Source: Chiloscyllium plagiosum | Lineage: Eukaryota | Direction: 5' to 3' | Assembly (NCBI RefSeq): GCF_004010195.1 | Contig: NC_057719.1 | Location: forward strand, 61,981,106 to 62,032,391 | DNA: 51,286 nt | In this document: piece by piece, positions 24,545 through 38,650 of the stretch | Position numbering within the stretch: the first letter of the stretch is position 1 | Layout of the letters: each line of letters opens with the position of its first letter | Translations under genes and position numbers: made by a program | Notes under the pieces: model-generated | The model's input: only the letters and a program-made list of their open reading frames with translations | Told to the model about the DNA's origin: nothing | Database searches by the model: none

Positions 24545-25660
24545 TTAGATGCAATTTCTCCAGCCCTGCACTCATCCTGGAACACCTGGACAACAAGAAC
24601 AGTTATGTCAGATGTCTGCTCATCAACTATAGCTCCGCCATCAACACCATTATCCCCTCCAGGCTGATCTTAATACTCTGAGACCTAGATTTTGGCTCTG
24701 CCCTCTATAATTGGATCCTCAACTTCCTGACCTTTGGACCGCAACTGCATCTCCTTCACAATAACACTCAACACTGGAGTTCTCCTAAGGATGCGTTCTC
24801 AGCCCCCTACTGTACTTCCTGTACAACCATGACTATATGTTGCCAATTTCTGAACAAGCACCTTCTATAAGTTCGCCGACAATACCATCATAATAATAAA
24901 GATATTTAACAATGACAAGTCAACACACAAAAGGGAAATAGAGGGTTTGGTGATATGATGCAATGAAAACAACATCTCTCTGTGTCAGCAAAATGCAAGA
25001 ACCAATCATTGACTTCAGAAAGAAGGGGAGAACATGCCCCATCTAGGTCAATGGAACAGAGATTGAGAGTCAAGTTCCCAGGACTAACGATGACCGGCAA
25101 TCTCTTCTCGACTTCCCACAGAGACAAAATGGTCAAGAAGGCACAACAACACCTCTTCGTCCCCTGGTGGCTCAGGAAATTCAGCATGTCCATAAGGACC
25201 CTCACCAACTTCTCCAGATGCAACATAGAAAGCATACTGTCCAGGTACATAACAGCCTGGTACAGCAACTGCTCTGCCCAAGACCATAAGAAACTACAAG
25301 TTGTATGCACAGCCTAGACCATCACAGAAGCCAACCTCCCATCCACAGACTCAGTTTACACGTGTCATTGCTGCCAAAAGGCTGCCAACGTTAAAGACCC
25401 ACCTCACCCTGTGTCCTACGACTTCTTCCATTTAGCAGAAGACACAGAAGTTTGAATACATGCACCAGCAGGTTCAAGAACAGCTTTTCCCTGCCGTTAT
25501 TAGACTGACAAATGGACTCTCTCGCTTTAACAAGATCAGAATTTTTTTGATGTTGATAGTGCCTTGTGCATGTCCTGTGCGGTGTAACCTGTATGCCTTA
25601 TTTGTCCAAGTTTTTTTTAACTCTGTGATCTGTATATCCCTGCTAACTCCAATCTGTCTG
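24545..25660 (+). mobile_element. Rex1/Babar-type LINE RT remnant
   Basis: HLDNKNSYVR..NYSSA.NTIIP, LSPLLY, YKFADN, KKAQQHL...RCNIESILS..ITAWYSNCSAQD. Confidence 0.85.
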
Positions 25661-27778
25661 TATTTCTCTCTCTCTTTCTCTCTNNNNNNNNNNNNNNNNN
25701 NNNNNNNNNNNNNNNNNNNNNNNNNNNNNNNNNNNNNNNNNNNNNNNNNNNNNNNNNNNNNNNNNNNNNNNNNNNNNNNNNNNNNNNNNNNNNNNNNNNN
25801 NNNNNNNNNNNNNNNNNNNNNNNNNNNNNNNNNNNNNNNNNNNNNNNNNNNNNNNNNNNNNNNNNNNNNNNNNNNNNNNNNNNNNNNNNNNNNNNNNNNN
25901 NNNNNNNNNNNNNNNNNNNNNNNNNNNNNNNNNNNNNNNNNNNNNNNNNNNNNNNNNNNNNNNNNNNNNNNNNNNNNNNNNNNNNNNNNNNNNNNNNNNN
26001 NNNNNNNNNNNNNNNNNNNNNNNNNNNNNNNNNNNNNNNNNNNNNNNNNNNNNNNNNNNNNNNNNNNNNNNNNNNNNNNNNNNNNNNNNNNNNNNNNNNN
26101 NNNNNNNNNNNNNNNNNNNNNNNNNNNNNNNNNNNNNNNNNNNNNNNNNNNNNNNNNNNNNNNNNNNNNNNNNNNNNNNNNNNCCATACCCTATATTTAC
26201 CAATGACTAATGAAACTAATACTATGGGTAATTTAGCATGGCCAATTCACCCGAACTGCACATTTTTGGATTGTGGGAGGAAATCGGAGCACCTGGAGGA
26301 AACCCACGCAGACACTGGGAGAATGTGCAATGTCTCCACACAGACAGTCACACAAGGTGGGAATCGAACCTGTGAGGCAACAGTGCTAACCGCTGAGCCA
26401 CTATGCCGCCTTCCATGGGTAAATGAGACTAGGACCCGAGAGCATGGCCTGATAGTAAAGGGAAGACCTTTTTCACAAAGGAAAGGAGAAACCTTTTCAG
26501 CCAGACAGTGGTGAATCTATTGAATTCATTGCGACAAAAAGCTGTGGAGGCTAGGTCATTGAGAATATTTAAGACTCAGATAGATAGATAGATTCTTGAG
26601 TATCGAGGGGATCAAGGGATACGGGGAGAAAGCGATTGAGAAACTTATCAGCCTTGATTGAATGGTGGAGCAGACTCAATGGGCTGAATGGCCTAATTTC
26701 TGCTCCTGTGTCTTATGGTCTTATCATTCTTAAAGACATACTTTTTTCTCCATGCCCTTTGTTTACATATCTGTCATGAACAGTCTGACAGTACCAAAAG
26801 ATATTTTTTAACAGAAAGCCTGTCCACACGTGCTTGAACAAACTATCATGCTAACTTCAAATAATCCGTAATAACCAGAAGTACCCCATGCACCGCAGCT
26901 AATTATGTCTAATTTACTCAATTACTCATCTTTGTCACAGTATTTGGTTGAAAATAATTTGATGAAAATTTTGTTTGCATGTTGGTTACTGAAAATACTG
27001 ATTATTTGTCCCTCCCAAACCACAACCCACAGCATGTTCAATTGTGTCATTTTATTTTGATTGGCCTCGGTAAGGTGAGTATCATTTCTAATTGGCTTAA
27101 GGGAGTGCTTGATAAATCTCTTATTGGCTTTTTAGGGCTGTGGACATAAATTGGTGTCAACTCCCACTTGTCTGTGACAAGTTCCTTAAGATATCAATGA
27201 CCCATGGGCCTATCCTCCAGTATGGTTTGTTAATTTTACAACTTTTATGATTCCTTGTTCAGACTGGATGGCTTGTCATATTGCCTTTACCCACTTATTT
27301 GGGATAGGGAGATCTGTGACTGATATTTTTGAGCTCATCATCTCAATTTTTCCTTAATTTGTGCAAATTCCCCATTTAATTAAATGTGGGAAATTTGAAA
27401 CATTAAATTAAAACATTACTGACCATGCATTTTTTCTTGGGATCTGTTTGTCAATTTGTATAAGTCCCTCATTAGTATCAATGCTTGACCATTTGCCTTT
27501 TGCTCAGTGATTTTTTTTTTGTCTCTGTGGGTGTTGGTGTCAAATGATTTTCTTAGTAATTTTAAAACAAAAGATATGATGGAAAGGGTTGCTTATAACT
27601 TCAAAATTATGTAACCGATGACTTCAAACTTCTCGTAATAATATTAACCAAATTGTTATACAGAAGGGTGAAGTAGAGATATACCCTTAGTCAATACATA
27701 GAAATTTAAATGTTGTTACAAAGTTAACTCTTAAAATAAATATTAAGTTCAGTTAAATCTAATTATTTTTAGGTTTTT

Positions 27779-28095
27779 TTAGATTAGATTCCCTACAGTG
27801 TGCAAATCGGCCCTTCGGTCCGACAAATCCACACCAACCATCTGAAGATTAACCGACCCAGACTCATTTCCCTACATTTACCCCTGACAAATGCACCTAA
27901 CACTATGGGCAATTTAACTTGACTAATTCACCTGACCTGCACATCTTTGCACTGTGGGAGGAAACTGGAGCACCTGGAGGAAACCCACTCAGACACAGGG
28001 AGAACATGCAAACTGACAGTCGCCCAAGGCTGGAATGAACCTCGGTCCCTGGCACGCTGGGGCAGCAGTGCGAACCACTGAGCCACCGTGCTGTC
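27779..28095 (-). mobile_element. HE1-like SINE (counterpart of 5932-6247)
   Basis: Near-identical to 5932-6247. Confidence 0.88.
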
Positions 28096-28190
28096 CAGAA
28101 GAAATTTTCACTTTTTCTGCAGAACTGGTGGTTTTGAGTTAAGTGCATAAGTCAAGCTCTGNNNNNNNNNNNNNNNNNNNNNNNNNNNNN

Positions 28191-28291
28191 TCCGAAAGCT
28201 AGTGTGCTTCCAATTAAACCTGTTGGACTATAACCTGGTGTTGTGTGATTTTTAACTTTGTACACCCCAGTCCAACACTGGCATCTCTGAA
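28191..28291 (+). mobile_element. 3' terminus of another Penelope-like family, with the 3' half of a hammerhead (..UCC GAAAG CUA GUG)
   Basis: tccgaaagctagtgtgcttccaattaaacctgttggactataacctggtg; absent from copy 1; upstream part hidden by the gap. Family call is from recall. Confidence 0.55.
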
Positions 28292-28372
28292 ATAGAAATT
28301 TAAATGTTGTTACAAAGTTAACTCTTAAAATAAATATTAAGTTCAGTTAAATCTAATTATTTTTAGGTTTTT

Positions 28373-28689
28373 TTAGATTAGATTCCCTACAGTGTGCAAA
28401 TAGGCCCTTCGGTCCAACAAGTCCACACCAACCATCTGAAGAGTAACCCACCCAGACTCATTTCCCTACATTTACCCCTGACAAATGCACCTAACACTAT
28501 GTGCAATTTAACTTGGCTAATTCACCTGACCTGCACATCTTTGGACTGTGGGAGGAAACTGGAGCACCTGGAGGAAACCCACTCAGACACAGGGAGAACA
28601 TGCAAACTGACAGTCGCCCAAGGCTGGAATGAACCTCGGTCCCTGGCACGCTGGGGCAGCAGTGCGAACCACTGAGCCACCGTGCTGTC
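28373..28689 (-). mobile_element. HE1-like SINE (third version of 5932-6247)
   Basis: Lies within the local repeat 28292-28755. Confidence 0.88.
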
Positions 28690-29644
28690 CAGAAGAAATT
28701 TTCACTTTTTCTGCAGAACTGGTGGTTTTGAGTTAAGTGCATAAGTCAAGCTCTGGTATTGCGCTGACTCAGAACTGAAATAAAACACAGAACCTTTCTT
28801 TTGAACTCCCATAAACAAACATTGTAATGTCTTAGAAGAGAAGCAAAAACAATGCAGGGCACAGCTCCTTCTTTCTGTTTGCAATCCTGTCATGTGTTTT
28901 TTTTTGGTAACTGAGATTTAGCAGAATCCCATGATACTAAGCTACTAAAGTCTATGTTGATTACAGTTAAGCTGGATAATATATTACTGGATTAATCAAT
29001 TAATATACTTTGTGTGTTTATAACATAAGTAAATTAATCAAGAAACACTCATTTCCCAACTAATCCCGCACTGGATAGATGTGCTGAGATGGACCATAGG
29101 TTTTCATTATCTTCAACTATTTTGTTTTGACTGTGGAACAAGGCTGCAGATTTGGGTATCTATCAAACGGTGGCTAGGGATCAAGTTTAAGATTCTTATA
29201 AGCACAAGACAACCTGTCTGAAAAATGGTTTAATATTAGAAGCAGTAAAGGCAAATCAACGTGGTGATTTTTAAAAAGGTGATTCTATTGAAGAAAATGA
29301 ATACCTAATTGGTAAGATTTGCATTTTAACAAAGTTGCTGTAAGGATTGCTAAATCTTGATTGACTGAATTCCATTTATATGCAAATGCTGCTTCTCTAG
29401 AAATTGAATATTTTGAGCAATTTTGCCTACATCATGAAGGTGGTTGCAAGTCTTACTTTTGCTCCTATTAGCCAACTTATTTATAAACAAAATCTCATAT
29501 TTAGAGGCTAGATATCAATGAAACTTGGTTCATGGAGTATGACTCAAGGAAGAAATATTTAGCTTTAGGTCAGAGTAAGCTGAATCTTGGAATTTTTTAT
29601 TGGATTCATTAACATTTAGAAATGGGGCTAACATTTTACTAATA

Positions 29645-29864
29645 CAGGTCGTTTTGTTCTAACTCGCACTTCAGTCAAGGCAAATTCGCTGTAATGAGAT
29701 TGACGAATTTGGAGCATTGTTTCTACAGAGCAAACTTTCAAACCATCCATTGGCAATAATGGGATTACAGCGCCAACACTTTAAGCGCTGTTTCTAAAGT
29801 AGGATTTTTCTATATCGTGGGGTTGCACAAGAATGCAAGCATTGCATTATAGAAAAACTGACTA
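29645..29864 (+). mobile_element. MITE, copy-2 counterpart of 7203-7422
   Basis: TA|caggtcgttttg...gaaaaactgacta|TA. Confidence 0.65.
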
Positions 29865-31438
29865 TAATATAATTATTTGATGTAGAATGTTGTGAATTAT
29901 CACAGCAACTGTGATGCAATTTTTCACGTCTGTCAAAATATGAGCAGAGTTTTTAGAACAAGTAGTTGGATGTGGATTGGTCTGAAGACCCATCAGTAAG
30001 TTGGAAGCTCTGAATACAAAGATTTATTTCTTCAGCAATTGTAGTTACAGAACATCAAGCTGGCAGGAAAAACCCTCCAGTAAGTGCTTTGTATTTGTAA
30101 TAAAATTGAGGTAACGGCACATTGAAGATATTCACTCTAGTGAATGCCCTCTGTATTTGTCAGTTCCTGTTTCTTTTTCATCAGAATTTCTATATATGAA
30201 ACCTGTAAATAAATTTCTGCTATGGGTTTGTTGCATAAAATACCAGTGAATTTACTGGCTTTCACTACAGAGTGTGGGCAATTATTACTTCATGACTCAA
30301 TTAATTAACTGTTATGTGTTTTTTATGGGTCAGTAATTGTTTCTTATTAAATTTTTATAAATTATTTTAGTTCAAGAGAATTTGAATCTGAGAGCGTGTT
30401 GTGGATATTTGCCAGGCCTATTTTTGTGTTGGATAAGCAATTCAGTGCTCTGAATTTGTTTGAGCTTGAGATTGTTAGTCGAATAGTAAGAATTTCATAC
30501 TCCTGGTCACATGATATTCCCATTGTCAATTATAAACCTCAATCAGCTTACCGTTATGCTTGCCTAAAGTTAGGTTATGGCTCTTTAGCTTGCCTTTAAA
30601 CCTCAATAACACTCTCCATGCAAAGAGACCAAAACTGAATACAGATCAGAGAAGTGAATCCCAGAATTGTACAGCACTGAAGGGAGCAATTTTGTCTACT
30701 GTGTCTGCATCTACTCTCTGTGGAGCGTTTTACCTAGTGTCACTCATGTGCCTGCTCTTTGTAGCCCTGCACATGCGTCCTGCATATTTCATTCTTCCCT
30801 TCAGATATCCTCCAATTTCCTCTTGAATGCTTTGATTGAACCTGCCTTTATCACACTTGCAGCAGGGTCCACATTTCTGCGTGAACAATTTTTTTCTCCA
30901 TATTACCATTGCATTTTTTTTGTTAGCATTTAAGTCTGTGTCCTCTTCTTTTCTGCCTTTCCACTAATGAGAACACGTTTTCCCTCTTTTCTCTGTCCAT
31001 TATTTTGAATATCTTTATCAATCTCCTTCTCTTTAAGGCAAACAGTCTCAAATTTTCCATTCTATCTTTATAACTCAAAAGTTTCACATCATTCACACTG
31101 TGGTGGTTTTGATTAATATTTCTGCATTCTGTCTAATAATATAGCTCTCTGAACTGGACTCAATACTTCAGGCTGATCTATTCTCCTATACATACCGTAT
31201 ATACTGGAGTAAAATTCAATCTCATGTAAAACTCGACCCCGATTTTTGGCCGAAATTCTGAAATTTCCACATATTTCATGTAAAAGTCAACCTCAGTTCT
31301 TCACAGATAACAGATCAACATTTGTGTCGAAAAGTATTGTCTTATATATAAATGTTATAATGAGGAAATTAATTTTTTTTCATGCTATTATGTGTTTTAA
31401 TATAAATTCTCCTTTCATCTGAGAAGTATGCATTAGAG

Positions 31439-32566
31439 CCGACCTGGGCATTTTACGGCCCGCGGGCCATATCCGGCCCTTTGGTCGTTCCTGTTTGGCC
31501 TGCATGAGGTCAATCTTAAATTAGAACATAAATGAAAAAGTATTTACACCATGCATGCAATACAACTGTATTGCTTTTGTTTTGAAAATTATGCTTTTTT
31601 TCTTTACATATGGAAGCACATGCACGTGTATGTGCGTGCGTGCGTGAACAGCTAAAAGTGATGCTTGCTGGCTAGCCCTCAAAATGTCAGCTCACACCAA
31701 AACAAGTTATGTCATATCCCACAAACTCGCCAGAAACAGTAAACCGTTTTCTGATGGAGAGTTTATTAAGGAGTGCTTGTTGGACTCTGCAGAACTAATA
31801 TGCCCGGAGAAAAAGGAGGCATTTGAGAATGTGCCCCTCTCCTGACGCACTGTAACGAGAAGGATTGGGGACATCGCGAGAAATCTGGAGCTTCAGCTGC
31901 AGCACAGAGTGGTCAACTTTGACTTTTTTTCCTTGGCTTTGGATGAGAGCTGCGACTTACATGACACAGCCCAGCTACTCATCTTTGTACGTGGGATAAC
32001 TACGTACTTTAAAATCACGGAGGAGCTGGCAGCCACAACTGGTAATGATTTGTTCACGGAGGTAAATGCATGTTTGGACACATTGGGACTAAAATTGGAC
32101 AAGCTGGTGGGTGTGACAATGAATTCTTGTTCAAATCTAATGGGAAAAAATGTTGGACTCTTAAAGAGAATGCAGGATAAAGTGACAGAAATTGGTATGT
32201 TTGCATTGTATTATACATCAGGAAGTGTTGTGTAAGTCAGTGTTAACCATGTGGTTGATGTTGTAACTGAAATAGTTAACTTCATCAGGGCAAGAGCTTT
32301 GAATCACAGGCAGTTTGTTGCGCTTTTGAAGGAAAATGAGACTGAACATTGTGACATAGGCTACCACACAGCTGTCACGTGACTCAGCCTGGGCAAAATG
32401 CTGAAAAGTGTATGGGACCTGAGAGAAGAGATTCAAGATTTTTGTGTGAAGAAAGTGAATGGCATTCCACAGCTTTCGATGCAGACTGGATTGCAGACCT
32501 TGGTTTTGCTGTTGATGTGACTGCACTTACGAATGAACTAAATGTGAAACTGCAGTGCAAGGGCCT
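31439..32566 (+). mobile_element. hAT-Charlie element, 3'-deleted copy
   Basis: Same left TSD and TIR as 8703; ends at a GCCT junction. Confidence 0.93.
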
Positions 32567-35500
32567 CTCAAATTTTCTGGCAATGGGAAGAAATTATTTC
32601 TATCTACTCTGTTCAGACCTGCCATTATTTTGGATACCTCAATTAAAGCTCCTTTTTACCTATCTTCTCTCAAATGAGAACAGCCCTAGCTTCTACTTTC
32701 AAATATTGTGTTCTCCCTTTTATTTTCATGGAGAACCTGTTCTTTTTCTATCTTTAGACCATGTCGTGATGGTCATGTAGGGATATAATTAGAGTTTGTT
32801 GCCTTTCTGTCTGTCCAGTGCTGAGTGTGGGAATGTAAGTACATGTACAGTATATGAGCAAAATTGCATTCATTTCAGATGAAGGCTGCTTTTGTTGTAA
32901 ATTCATGCAATTTAGGATGGTCTGGACCCTCAAAAATGCATTGACAATCATTTAATCTTGAAGACAGTGTTGAGTTGAATCACTTATTTACAATTGTGTT
33001 AAGTTCTGAACTCTTACAGTTCAACTGGTTAATTATTAATTGATCTACATGGTGAGTTGTATAGTAAAACAATTTCTATCATTTCAAATGCCACAGAAAA
33101 AGAAGTCATCTCAGGAATCAGAAAAGTATTTGTTTGGATTCATTTTTGTGATGGGCTGACATAGAAGAAATGTTCAAAATCTATCTGTTCTGTCTTTATT
33201 TCCCTTTCCAGTAAGATAGGTAGTAGGAAACAAAATCCGTGTGCATATAGGATGTTCTACATGTATCGCACAAATTAAAATATTTGGTTTCTTGCTGTGT
33301 AGTGGAACTGCTGTTGGATGTGTCCAAAAATAGGCTTTGATTTAAGTCTGAGGGTATGGATTTCAGTATAAAATTGAATAAAGCAGACATACAACAGTAT
33401 TTTTAAATAGGAATTGCCTTTATTGTTTAATATTATGTTGCAGTCCAAGTTTTGCACGAAAATGGGTCTGACAATTGTTTCCTATGCTGGTAGCACAGGA
33501 AATAACTGACCGTAAAATTGATCAAAGAGCCAACACAAATGATTTCTTTGTGGGCAACACTATTCTGATTCTCAAAACACTGGGTAATAGCATTCCATAA
33601 GGACAAGCAATTATTGTCACTACTATTGTGAAAATACGGTATGTCATGATGGGGAGCATTAGCATTTAAAGATTAAATCCAAACACTGAGCAATTAACTG
33701 AGGGAACTATGCCTCAGAATTTGCCTTCCTAAACAAAAACAAAATTTATCATGTATCTCAAATTTAACAAATTAAGCACTCCAGTTTAAAACTACATATT
33801 ATGAACTTGGTTTTGCTTCTCACTTCTTCTCAAGAATTCCCTTGTATGTTATAACAATCTTTAAGATGCATTCACTTCTCCTGAGACCAAGCCAAAGATG
33901 TGCCACAGCTCTCCAGAAATCTCCTCAGTATTCCAGCATTCTTTCAAGGTAAGGTTCTATAGAAGTCCTTCCATTAGCATTCTGGGCAACATGACATTTT
34001 TCTTCTTTTCTTTATAGACCACATGACCGTGCATGTCTCAGCTCTTTTAATCAGGCTAATATCCAAATGCATTCTTATAGTTTTCTGACCTAATTCTGCT
34101 GACTGCTTTCTGCCACAAAGTTCTTTGAAGACCAATGAAGATTTCTTCCACTAGCTTCAAATCTTTCAGCTGCATTCCAATTATGAAATCAAAACTGAGA
34201 CAGAGTCCCATCAATATTCCACAGGATGAATTATTAAATTGGCATTTTCTCTGCTGAAAGGTCATGCCTAACTGACTATCATTTTCTGTTGGCACTTTCG
34301 ATGTGTTGAGATGCAGCCTAAGCAAAACCTCTGTCTGTTCTGAACTGCTTGCTTCTTTCAGCAAACACACACAATTTTTTTTAAAATCTCTTAACTAAGG
34401 CTCAACCCTCAATTACTATTAGAATGGCAATGTGATAAGGCTCATTTGGGATGGAGTTCATACAGCAATTCAAAAAATGTCTTTCACTACTTTTAACTTT
34501 TGATTCAGCAATCAATGTACGCACCTCACTTTTGTTTTCTTGTTTTATGGAGTTTTACAACTCTCTTTGCCAGATAATAACTTTTAGTTTGTTTAATGGA
34601 GCAAATGATAGATATCCTGGCTCTATCAAGAGGTTGAGAAATGTTTGAATTTTTTTTTCCTTTTAACAATAACCATGTCAGGTAAACACTGATTTTTCCT
34701 TTACATTGTTTAGCAGTTTTCTTAACCAGGTTTGTTTTGTTGTATTTAACACTTTTTCAATTTCTGACATAAATATATTTCTAAAACCAAAGGTCTTTTT
34801 TTGAAACGTGAATTATGAACTAGGTGTTCACAATAGATATGAATATTGTTTTATACATTGTTGGGTATTTGTGATATTAGATTTATAGTTTCTGAATTCT
34901 CTAACCAAGTTGAATAAAGTTTGGATTTTATCTTAAATATTTTTATTTGCCAAGGTCTAAAATCATGTTGAAAAATACTCCTAATGTTAAAATTAAACAT
35001 TACCAAAGTAACTTTTGCACAATTAGCTTTTCAGGCATTACATTTCACAATCCACAATTGGGTTATTGGTTGATAACCTGAATGTGCTGATTGTGACATT
35101 GATTTTTATTAGTGGCCTCTTACTGTTGTACATATTCACATTTCCAGTCATGTATGTGTGAAGACCTACATGTTGAATGTTTTTTTTGTGTGTCTGAAAA
35201 TTTTACGTTAACATGTAAACAGGAGGGGGACCATAAACAATTGTTTATGTCATCATATTTTTAACAGTATGATAAGTTGGTATGTATGGTATTGTGTAGA
35301 TATTACCACATGGTTTGCTTGGAAGATCTATGCTGGATATTATATTGCTTTCAAATCTCTTCATGACCTCGCATCTCCCTATTTTTGTAATCTCATGTTA
35401 CACAACTTGCAGTAGTATTGACGCACCTCTGGTTCTAGTCTCTTGAGCTCCACATTTGGCAGTCATGCTTTCTGCTTGAGATTTGGAATTTGCTTTGTAA

Positions 35501-36170
35501 ACGACTTCATCACACTGTATCTTTTGAGACACCTAGGATAAGGCAGATTTCAATGTCAGATTTTGCTTGATAACACTGCAATGAAGCACCTTCAGACATA
35601 TTGTTCGACTCATTGGTGTTGTTAAAATTTTGATCACTAGCGTTTTGTAGACTATACTTGGGAATAAGGCTAAAATTCTATTTTAAGAGAGTCATCTCTC
35701 CTTTGAATGACAGATACTTTGTGAACACTCTAAAACTTTCTCTTTAAATATGAGGTATTTATAAGTTGGCAAAGGATACATTGCTTTCAAATTATTGATT
35801 CAATGATTAATTTTGACAGAATGTAAAGAAGACAGATGTGTATTCGAGGATGTTTCTCCCAACTGCCATTATGCATGGAAGTTAGTTTTCTACCTTTAGA
35901 AATCACAGTGGAAATTCCCAGAGTGTTGTACTAAATTACATTTCCTAATTGCTTTCTTCTCCTGAAGGATTGCAGAGATTTCTGGGTGGGAGGAGTGTAG
36001 GGGCGGATAGAGAGAGAGAGGGAAATCTTGTGTGTGCAAGTGACATTGTAACTGGTCTTTTTAATCACCTTTTGTTATACATCATGAACAAAATAAGACT
36101 TATGAGAGTTGTGTTGCTAATTTGGTTCATCAGGGTTTGTTTCAAATTTGTTGATTTTATTTGTCCCTAG

Positions 36171-36517
36171 CACCCCGTGTGCGACGTGCACACTCATCTG
36201 TACAACTTGCGCCTCAGCCAAAGAAAGCAAAGAAGCACTCACTGGAAGACATAATGGATGGTATGATGGAGAAGTTCATCCGCTACAGTGAAGCTGCTGA
36301 TGAAAAATTTCTACGTTACATGGAGGCATCAGAAGAACGATTTGCTCGTCTTGAGCAACTCCGTATGGAAATGGAGGAAAGGATGAGACAAAGTGATCGA
36401 GAACATGAAGCTCGTGTTCTGTTTATGTTGGGACAGATGATGGGTCACAACATGGCTGACTTTCCAGCCACATCGTCAACTGCTGAGGGTGAAATAACTG
36501 AAAGGAAAGTATTTTAG
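36171..36517 (+). CDS. Terminal coding exon, copy 2 (probable trihelix Myb/SANT-like C-terminus)
   Basis: Same acceptor; one synonymous change (CTA/CTG) and one N/D change vs 15789-16135. Confidence 0.72.
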
Positions 36518-38368
36518 AGCACAGTGTTCAACTTATTCACTTAAAAATGAAGTACCTTTTGTAGTGCATTTTTATTTTATATACAGTATTTTTTGATTTG
36601 ACTGTGTACAGATTCATAACCAAAATATTTTTCAATTGTTTTTCAACTGTTGAGTGGTAAACAGTTTTTTTCCGAAGAACTATTCTGTACAATCATTCAA
36701 CAGTAAACCAGCATATCTTTGTCTGTTAATTTGTAGAGTTGTAGAGGGGTGTGGTTTTCGTGCAAAACTTGAGTTCACATTTAAATCAACCTGAAGTCAG
36801 AAGAAAATATTAGGACAAATGCAAAAATTAGAATAAGTCTAGAACTAAGATAACTATGAAATAAATCATGAATGATGTTTCATATACCCCTAAGTAAGAG
36901 ACCAACACTCGACTAATCAACAAGTGATCCAATATGACATTTCCAATCCAGTTGAAGGAAAATGCTGTATCAAGGTTACTGTCCTGCCTTTATTTTTCCT
37001 TTTTATTTCACAGCCTTATTGGAAGCAAATTGCTGCAGCACTGCCACTGTTTAATTCAATTGTTTCCCTTGCAATAGTTGCTATTAGTAGTTCATCAAAA
37101 AATTGAAGTATTATGACATGATATTAGAGAGTCGTGTTTCATGTTGAATAATATGGCATATGGTTACTTTAAAGGAATGAATCTTAATACCATGAATTAA
37201 GTTTTTTTTTAAAGATGTTGTCTGATTTCTTTTGACTTTCTAGTTTTAGCAAGTGGACTGAACATGCTCCTAATGGGACCTTTCCCTTTGCTGTGTTGAA
37301 TGGTGTCTGCTTAAACCAGAATGTTCACATATTATTGTTACCTTAATAGAAGGTCCATTTTTTGTTACCTATAGAGCAATAGTTATTTATTTCTATTTGT
37401 TAGGAATGAAATTCTTATAATTTTTTAAATATCACTTCCACAGAGTTAGGTTACTTTTTAAAATTTGTAGCTGATGTCAGAAATTCTGAATAATGAGTTT
37501 GATTTGCTGCAGTAGCCACAGATGATGTGCATTTGATTTGAGATACACATATTTCAACATTGACCATTGTGAAATTAAATGGAGCTAATGTCACTTTAAA
37601 AAGGAATTAGTGACTCCTTGGGACCCAACCAAAAACAACAAAGATAACTTTGTGTAAATGTGTTTCTTGACAGGTTAGGAAAGTTGTCTCACCAACTGTT
37701 AATAACAAAACTGAGACACTCCTAAGAAGAAACCTAAAAGCCTTAAGCATAATTAGTTGATAGATGATTTCTCATATAGACATCAATTGCTCAGTTCAGT
37801 TGGGTTGTTTATAAAAAGTGTGAATTAATAAGTATATTTTCTTTTAATTCACTCTTGATAGTTAATACCAGGTTAAGGTGCTGAATATAATAATTTTAGA
37901 AATATGTTAAATTAACTGGTCACTGGAATAGGATGGTTGTGTTTTGATTACTAACCCAGATGTGTAAAAGTATTCTTCTTGGAAAAGACATGTTAAAATA
38001 TGCCTAACACTGATAGTTATGAATAACATATGTGCAAAAACACACAGATTATAATACATTCTAATTTGCTTGTTTAATTCTTAGTTACTCTAATTCCATG
38101 CCAATAATCTTCAGTCTGTGTATTTAATGTATATTCTTTCTTATATAGATATTTTATACCTACAGGAACTCATGTAAGATCACAGAAAACATCAACCAAA
38201 GAAAAGTCTTACAATCCCCCTACAGATGGTTAACTTGTGAAAAGAAAGTTGAAATTCCAGTTAATAACTGAAAGGATTACTGTTAAAAAAAAAAGTAAAA
38301 CACGCTGCAAAAACTACACTATATCCTTTCTGTGGATATTCAGTTATCCAGAAATCAGTAATTCTTAC

Positions 38369-38650
38369 CTGTCATAGATTTACTTCTGTTATTTTCTTTT
38401 GTAAGCCAAGAGCTTTCAATCGCAGAATTGTCTTTCAGAATGAGGTTTTCCATGTGGGGATTCCTTTTGTAGTGTATACTAGGCAAGTCTTCCAGACTTG
38501 CTTTTAAGTCTTCATGAATTTGGTCTTTTGGTGGATCCTCGCAGATGAACCTCTTCTGGGAGTTTTCAGGGATATCTTGGGTCTCAATCCTCTGTAAGCT
38601 TATCTCTGTGGTATAATGAATCACATGTATTTCATGTCCAGATAAAAATT
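38369..38650 (-). CDS. Candidate antisense exon, copy 2
   Basis: Splice sites and frame conserved; 3 nt differences from 17983-18264. Confidence 0.4.

Noticed and set aside
26941..27074. Exon-like AG...GTGAGT pair in the copy-2-only segment
   Set aside because: Stops in all three frames.
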